The position numbers were made by a program, and so were the translations under genes. A stretch of DNA of 64,000 bases from a bacterium (GTDB lineage Bacteria; Zhuqueibacterota; Zhuqueibacteria; Zhuqueibacterales; Zhuqueibacteraceae), in the NCBI GenBank assembly GCA_044869275.1, contig JBIOXB010000223.1:120816-184815 (forward strand), read 5' to 3'. Numbering within the stretch: position 1 is the stretch's first letter; every line of letters starts with the position of its first letter. The notes under the pieces were generated by a model. The model worked only from the letters and a program-made list of their open reading frames with translations. It had not been told where the DNA came from and did no database searches. Below, piece after piece: positions 58,841-64,000 of the stretch.

Positions 58841-59677
58841 CTAACCTTTGAGTCCAGTCGTAGCCAGGCTTTTCACGATTTGTTTCTGCAAAATAAAAAA
58901 GATCACCAGCACCGGCACGATCGCCAATGCCGCGCCCGCCATTTGAATGTTCTCATAAAAAGTGTACCGGCCCTGCAGTAGCGAGATGCCGAGCGGCAGG
59001 GTGTAGAGATTTTCATCGAAAATGTAAATCAGCGCATCGAGAAAGCGATTCCACGATCCCAGGAACGTCAATATACCCAGGCTTGCCAGCAGGGGTTTGA
59101 TGAGCGGCAGAATGACGTTCCAGTAAATGCGAAATTCGGAACAGCCGTCAATGCGTGCCGCTTCCAGGAGATCGTTGGGAATGGCGTCGATGAATTGTTT
59201 CGAAAGAAACACCCCGAACGTTCCGGCCAGGGAAGGCACGATCAATGGCAGATAAGTATTCAGCCAGCCCAAATCGCGCATCAGCAAAAAGCCCGGCACC
59301 AGCAGCACCGTGCCCGGCACCATCATGGTCGCGAGCATGACCATAAAAATCTGGTTGCGCCACGGGAAGCGGTGCTTTGAAAACGTATAACCGGCCAGCG
59401 TGCAGAAAAAGAGCGTTCCGGCCGTGGTGCAAGCCGCCACCAGGAAGCTGTTCCACATGAAGCGCGTGAAACGCAAGCCCTGCAGCAAATCGATATAAGG
59501 TTGCAGCGTGGGTTTCTTGATCAGAAGACTGACCGTGACCGAGGAGGCCTCGCTCGTCTCTTTGAACGAAGTGATGATCATGTAGTAGAACGGCAAAACC
59601 ATCACTAAGCCACCAATGCTCATGGCCAAGTAAAGCAAGAGGCGCACGGCTCGGGTTTTGGTCTTGCGAATTTTCAT
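58841..59677 (-). CDS. Carbohydrate ABC transporter permease (MalG type)
   Basis: IPNDLLEAARIDGCSE EAA loop, NSFLVA and TLPLGI. Confidence 0.95.
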   Translation of the reverse strand: MKIRKTKTRAVRLLLYLAMSIGGLVMVLPFYYMIITSFKETSEASSVTVSLLIKKPTLQPYIDLLQGLRFTRFMWNSFLVAACTTAGTLFFCTLAGYTFSKHRFPWRNQIFMVMLATMMVPGTVLLVPGFLLMRDLGWLNTYLPLIVPSLAGTFGVFLSKQFIDAIPNDLLEAARIDGCSEFRIYWNVILPLIKPLLASLGILTFLGSWNRFLDALIYIFDENLYTLPLGISLLQGRYTFYENIQMAGAALAIVPVLVIFFILQKQIVKSLATTGLKG

Positions 59678-59799
59678 TTGCTGCGATTGCTCTGGTTAGT
59701 CAGTTACATGTGATACAAACCTGCAAAACTAAACTTTTTCAGCAAAGTTTCTGGCGTGGTCAACTAGGAGTGAATTCTTTGCAACTGAGCAGAGATTAT

Positions 59800-60000
59800 T
59801 TCCACACGGATTAACAATCCACGCGGATGGCTTAAAATTTCCGTGTGGATTGTTAATCCGTGTGGAACCATTTTGGTTGCGTCTCTGCCGCGCTGCACAC
59901 TCTCTGTAAAAAGGCAAAAATTTTCTCACACGGAATGGTCAATCCTTGCGGGATCAAAAAATATTTCCGCGGGAGTTTCAATTCCGTGGGCGATTTTTTT
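59800..60000. repeat. Two long imperfect inverted repeats in the spacer between the permease genes
   Basis: ttccacacggattaacaatccacgcgga (59800-59827) / tccgtgtggattgttaatccgtgtggaa (59840-59867), with a second related hairpin at about 59925-59992. Confidence 0.75.
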
Positions 60001-60140
60001 TTCGTCAATTCGAAGGGAAGCTTAGCTGCATGTTCACTTTTTTGTACGCAGAGCGCCTCAGAATTCCAAGATTGGTTGTGACAAAACTTTATTTCGTTCG
60101 ATTCGAAGCGCACGTTCCTCAATAATCCGCGTCCGTGATT

Positions 60141-62579
60141 TTACTCCTCCCGCACCATCATTTTCCAATTCAACAGGGTCAGCATCAGAATCGCGACGAA
60201 CAGCAGATAGGCAATCGCCGAGGCTTCGCCCATGCGAAAGAATTCGAAGCCGGTGCGAAAGATGAGCGGCGCCATGGTCAAGCCGCTGTCATTCGGGCCG
60301 AATTTGCTTTCGGCTTCGGAAGCGCCGCCGCCGAACATGAAAATCTGCTCGAACACCTGCACCGCGCCGATCGCGCCCACGATGGTCAAAAACGTGATCT
60401 GCGGCTTGAGCGCGGGCAGCGTGATGCGCCAAAACCGGCGCACCGGCCCGGCGCCGTCGATCATGGCGGCCTCATACCATTCTTTTGGAATGCTTTGCAA
60501 TCCCGCGAGATTGATGAGAATCACGAAAGCCAGGCCGTGCCAGATGGTCATCACGATCACGCCGTGCAGAAAGAGATTCTCATTGTTCAAAAAGCTGACG
60601 GGATCGCGGAGCAGGCCGAGCTCGAGCAGAAGGGCGTTGATCCAACCGTAGCGCGCGCCGAGATAGAGCGCGGTCCAGATCAACGCCACCGAGACCACCG
60701 AGGTGACCAGCGGGGAGAAATAGACAAACTTATAGAGCTTGTCAGGCTTGAGGGCTTGGTCGAGCCCCAGCGCAAGCAGAATGCCAAGGAAGAGCTGAAC
60801 CGGAATGAGTAACGCCGCGAAGTACAGCGAGCGGCCCAGGCTCTGCCAGAAGGTGGGCGAGGCCAGCGTGCCCATATAGTTTTTCAGCCCGACCCAATCC
60901 GCGCCGGCCAGCGGCAGCACCGGGTTGTATTGCGTGAAGCTGAGATACAAGGACACGACAATCGGAATCAGCAAAAAGACCGTGAGCAGCACCAAGGCGG
61001 GAGAAATGTAGAGATAAGATTGCCAGTGTTTGCGCGCGACCGGATGGCGCAAAATGAAAATGCAAAGGACTGCAAAGAGCAACCCCACGAAGAGCTTGGC
61101 ATAATCAAGCACGTCCCAGGCTTTTTCCTGCTGCTGAATCAGCAGCAGCAGATTTTTATAATACTTGTTATATTCCTCCTCGCCGCGCACCAGCTCCGCA
61201 TCCGCGGCCGGCTTGGCCGCGGCAAAAACCGCTGCGGTCAGGCTATCCGAAAAGGCGTAGAGCTTTTTCTTTTCTTCGGGGAATTTCTTCGCCGCCAGCG
61301 CTTTCTTGTAATCCCACATGCTCAAATCGTGGCTCTGTGCGCGCGCCTGGAGTTCATTCGTGAGCAGGCCGCGAATTTTTTGCAAAGCCAAATCGAGATG
61401 GCGATCGGCCTCGGCCCCGCCGGCCACGGGCGGCTGGCTGTCGATGCTGCCCAGCGCGGTGACGATCGCTTGCATGGTAGTTGCATCGAAGAGATCGGGA
61501 AATTGCTCGTACATTTTGCGATTGGGCGAGGGATAGAGCACGCCGCGGTCGCCGCGATGGTTGAGATTATCCAGCAGGACTTCGTGTTGAATTCTGGGCG
61601 ACATGATATAGCGCGCCCAGCGCATGGCCTCAACCGGATGTTTGGAAAGCTTGAAAATGACCAGCGCCGAGCCGCCCGCGATCAGGCTGCGCTTGCCATT
61701 GTCCGCCGCGGGCACCGGCAGCATGGCCCATTTGCCGGCAATCTGCGGCGATTTGATCTCGATTTCCTTGTAGCGCCACACGCCATCGATGAACATCGGC
61801 GACAACAGGCCCCGGTCTTTTTCGGAAAGCGAGAACAGCTCGATCGGCTTGGCGTTTTTATCCACCGGCATGTTGTGAAGATTCCAAAAGCGCACGGCGG
61901 TTTGCAGGCCACGCTGAAATTCCGGAGTATGCCACGAGGCGCGCTGCGGTTCTCCCCAATACCGCCGCAACCCGAAAGGCACAAGCCACATGTCCACGGC
62001 CCAGCCGTTTTCGCGCGTCCATTCGTAATTGAACTGATAATCGTGACGATTCAGAGTCAGAATGACTTCTTCCAGTTCTGACCAGGTCGCCGGCGGTTGG
62101 AGTCCAAGCTGGGCGAAAATATCCTTGCGATAGAAGAGAAAAAGCGTGGTGGGCACATGCGGAATGCCGTAGAGATCGCCTTGATAGCTCAACTGCGGCC
62201 ACAGGCCGGGAAAGATTTCTTCCTGCAATGCCGCCAGGTCTTGTGGAAACTCTTTGCTTAGATTGACCAGACCGCCGACGCGGCCATAATCATACGGCCC
62301 GCCGATATTGGCCGTGCCCACGTCCGGCGGCATTTGCGCGGCCAGGGCGGTCATGTATTTCTGCTTGAAGTTTCCCCAACCCAGTGCGGTCACGATCACA
62401 CGGATGCCGGTCTGGGCCTCGAAATCCTGAGCGAGGCGCCGGTACATCACGGCATCGTCATTCGTGCCGACGTTCCAAAAGTGGATAGTGGTTTGTTGCG
62501 CCAAGCACGGCATGAAACCGGCCAGCAGCAAGAAAGTGTGGAAGAAGCGAAGCTTGGAGGGCAGTAAGGGCAGGTTCAT
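60141..62579 (-). CDS. Fused sugar-binding protein and ABC permease (MalF type)
   Basis: N-terminal SBP (FEAQTGIRV, PPDV, LFYRKD, PPATWSEL) and C-terminal permease (LAGLQSIP..YEAAMIDGA, MGEASA) in a single 812-aa frame. Confidence 0.9.
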   Translation of the reverse strand: MNLPLLPSKLRFFHTFLLLAGFMPCLAQQTTIHFWNVGTNDDAVMYRRLAQDFEAQTGIRVIVTALGWGNFKQKYMTALAAQMPPDVGTANIGGPYDYGRVGGLVNLSKEFPQDLAALQEEIFPGLWPQLSYQGDLYGIPHVPTTLFLFYRKDIFAQLGLQPPATWSELEEVILTLNRHDYQFNYEWTRENGWAVDMWLVPFGLRRYWGEPQRASWHTPEFQRGLQTAVRFWNLHNMPVDKNAKPIELFSLSEKDRGLLSPMFIDGVWRYKEIEIKSPQIAGKWAMLPVPAADNGKRSLIAGGSALVIFKLSKHPVEAMRWARYIMSPRIQHEVLLDNLNHRGDRGVLYPSPNRKMYEQFPDLFDATTMQAIVTALGSIDSQPPVAGGAEADRHLDLALQKIRGLLTNELQARAQSHDLSMWDYKKALAAKKFPEEKKKLYAFSDSLTAAVFAAAKPAADAELVRGEEEYNKYYKNLLLLIQQQEKAWDVLDYAKLFVGLLFAVLCIFILRHPVARKHWQSYLYISPALVLLTVFLLIPIVVSLYLSFTQYNPVLPLAGADWVGLKNYMGTLASPTFWQSLGRSLYFAALLIPVQLFLGILLALGLDQALKPDKLYKFVYFSPLVTSVVSVALIWTALYLGARYGWINALLLELGLLRDPVSFLNNENLFLHGVIVMTIWHGLAFVILINLAGLQSIPKEWYEAAMIDGAGPVRRFWRITLPALKPQITFLTIVGAIGAVQVFEQIFMFGGGASEAESKFGPNDSGLTMAPLIFRTGFEFFRMGEASAIAYLLFVAILMLTLLNWKMMVREE

Positions 62580-62606
62580 GGTGCTCGAGCCGGATCGCGA
62601 TGCCTA

Positions 62607-62742
62607 GGATCGCCGTTTGAATAACTCTCCCGTTTTTTAAAACCGCTAATGAACGCGAATGTACACCGGTATGTTCTCAATTCGCGTTTATTAGCGTTCA
62701 TTCGCGGTTTGAGAAACGAGAAAGTTATTTGAATCTCGATCC
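62607..62742. mobile_element. 136-bp MITE-like element, full copy
   Basis: Imperfect TIRs GGATCGccgtttgAATAACT ... AGTTATTtgaatctCGATCC; internal inverted repeat aaaccgctaatgaacgcgaat / attagcgttcattcgcggttt. Confidence 0.75.
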
Positions 62743-63753
62743 TTTCAACAGAATGCACTTTCTCGTTTCGGTGAACGAACCCGCTTGAATTCTGTAGAAA
62801 TACACTCCGCTCGAAAGCTCACCGGCGTTGAAAACGACCTCATGATTGCCCGCACTTCGGCGGCCATTCACCAGTACTGCCCGTTCCACTCCAAGAACGT
62901 CGTACACTTTCAAGACGACGTTACCGTCCACCGGAAGCGAATATGAGATTTGAGTGGAGGGATTGAATGGATTCGGATAATTCTGGCCGAGCGTAAACCT
63001 CATGGGAGGCGCCAGCGGCTCTGTGACGGAAGTGACGGGATTCTGCAATGCAATCGTCTCTCCCGGCCTGACGACAAGCTTATTTGCCGACGTAAACCGC
63101 GCCACGTTGGCATCGTTGTAGGTATCCGGCGTCGGCATCGTATGCATCGGGATACTATACTTCGCTTGAACCATGGCGGCGGCCTGCGTGGCTTGTTCCG
63201 GACTCATGGTAAAGACGCCATCGATCGGCAGGAGCGCATAGGTGAGTTCTCTGGCGGCTAAATCCGCCATTTCACTGATCACTCCCGTATCGCCGGCGTG
63301 ATAGAGTTTGATCCCGTTCATCTCGACCACATAGCCGACGCAGGCGCTCTTTTGATGATTGACATTGTAAGCAGCAACAGCATCGATATTGATATTGCCA
63401 ATGACAAAACTCTGGTAGGCACTATTTTGAATGGCTTGAAAGTTTGAGATCACCGTGCAGGTTGGTTTTTGTTTCACCAGGTTCGAGCGATTGTGATCCG
63501 AGTGCTGATGCGTGATCAAAACAACATCGGCCGAATCAGCATAATCACCGGGCTGGAAGGGGTCGATATAAATGATTTTCCCTTCCGAGGTTTTGATCTT
63601 GACGGTCGCGTGCCCCAGATAGTGTAGTGAATCTGCAGCCGCGGCCGTCTGACCACTTTCCGGGGCTGCCTTCGCGCCGGCTTTATTGAAGCCAACGCAA
63701 AAAAGAGAAAATAGAAAGAGAAATGCGAGAATCTGATAATTTGCGGTTTTCAT
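62725..63753 (-). CDS. Secreted MBL-fold metallo-hydrolase with C-terminal sorting domain
   Basis: LGHATVKI, IDPF, THQHSDH, YHAGDT and IPMH; QNYPNPFNP CTD; signal peptide. Confidence 0.88.
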   Translation of the reverse strand: MKTANYQILAFLFLFSLFCVGFNKAGAKAAPESGQTAAAADSLHYLGHATVKIKTSEGKIIYIDPFQPGDYADSADVVLITHQHSDHNRSNLVKQKPTCTVISNFQAIQNSAYQSFVIGNINIDAVAAYNVNHQKSACVGYVVEMNGIKLYHAGDTGVISEMADLAARELTYALLPIDGVFTMSPEQATQAAAMVQAKYSIPMHTMPTPDTYNDANVARFTSANKLVVRPGETIALQNPVTSVTEPLAPPMRFTLGQNYPNPFNPSTQISYSLPVDGNVVLKVYDVLGVERAVLVNGRRSAGNHEVVFNAGELSSGVYFYRIQAGSFTETRKCILLKGSRFK

Positions 63754-64000
63754 TGGCTGCCAACTCCTTTCGACAGAATGATATGAGTGAATTGTCTGCA
63801 CGATTAGCCAGTCAAACTTTGCTTGACAATTTTAAGTTGACCAAAAACGCCTCCTAATTATTTGTCATTCCGTAGGAATTTACATGTCCGTTTGGACACC
63901 CATCGGTGATGAAAATGGATTCCAATTGAGTTGCGTAAGATTTAAGAGTTTGCACCTTGTATAGCCCTACAAAACAATTGGATGCAACTGGTATTTTCGT

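Overview
This 64-kb bacterial window is gene-dense. Seven proteins end in a 'NYPNPFN...LLK'-type C-terminal sorting domain (T9SS type A/FlgD-like), and a TonB-dependent receptor has no SusD partner; together these suggest an FCB-associated lineage such as KSB1, Ignavibacteria or Calditrichota (inference only). From left to right: (1) a BrnT/CopG-type toxin-antitoxin pair whose toxin has an in-frame stop, a membrane dipeptidase, DUF937 and a coiled-coil protein; (2) a ~14-kb co-oriented copper cluster with a CusCBA-like RND pump, NosL-like protein, His/Met-rich protein, diheme cytochrome c, SnoaL-like protein, a multicopper oxidase carrying a Tat-like signal plus a sorting domain, a CopB ATPase, an unannotated 58-aa Cys/His protein and an HMA lipoprotein; (3) a GT2-DUF4922-SpoIID-alanine symporter operon; (4) two glycan-enzyme pseudogenes with internal deletions; (5) a ~37-kb beta-mannan/cellulose utilisation region (GH9, GH5s, GH1, GH130, GH30-like, cellobiose 2-epimerase, SSS and ABC transporters) around a LacI regulator with three operators, in which the TonB receptor is followed by a secreted beta-helix/CBM protein, a CRTAC1/FG-GAP protein and a vanadium-haloperoxidase-like enzyme. 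Many intergenic gaps contain MITE- or REP-like elements, several with readable TIRs and target-site duplications. No transposase, rRNA, tRNA or CRISPR array was found. All family assignments come from motif recognition by eye, not database searches.
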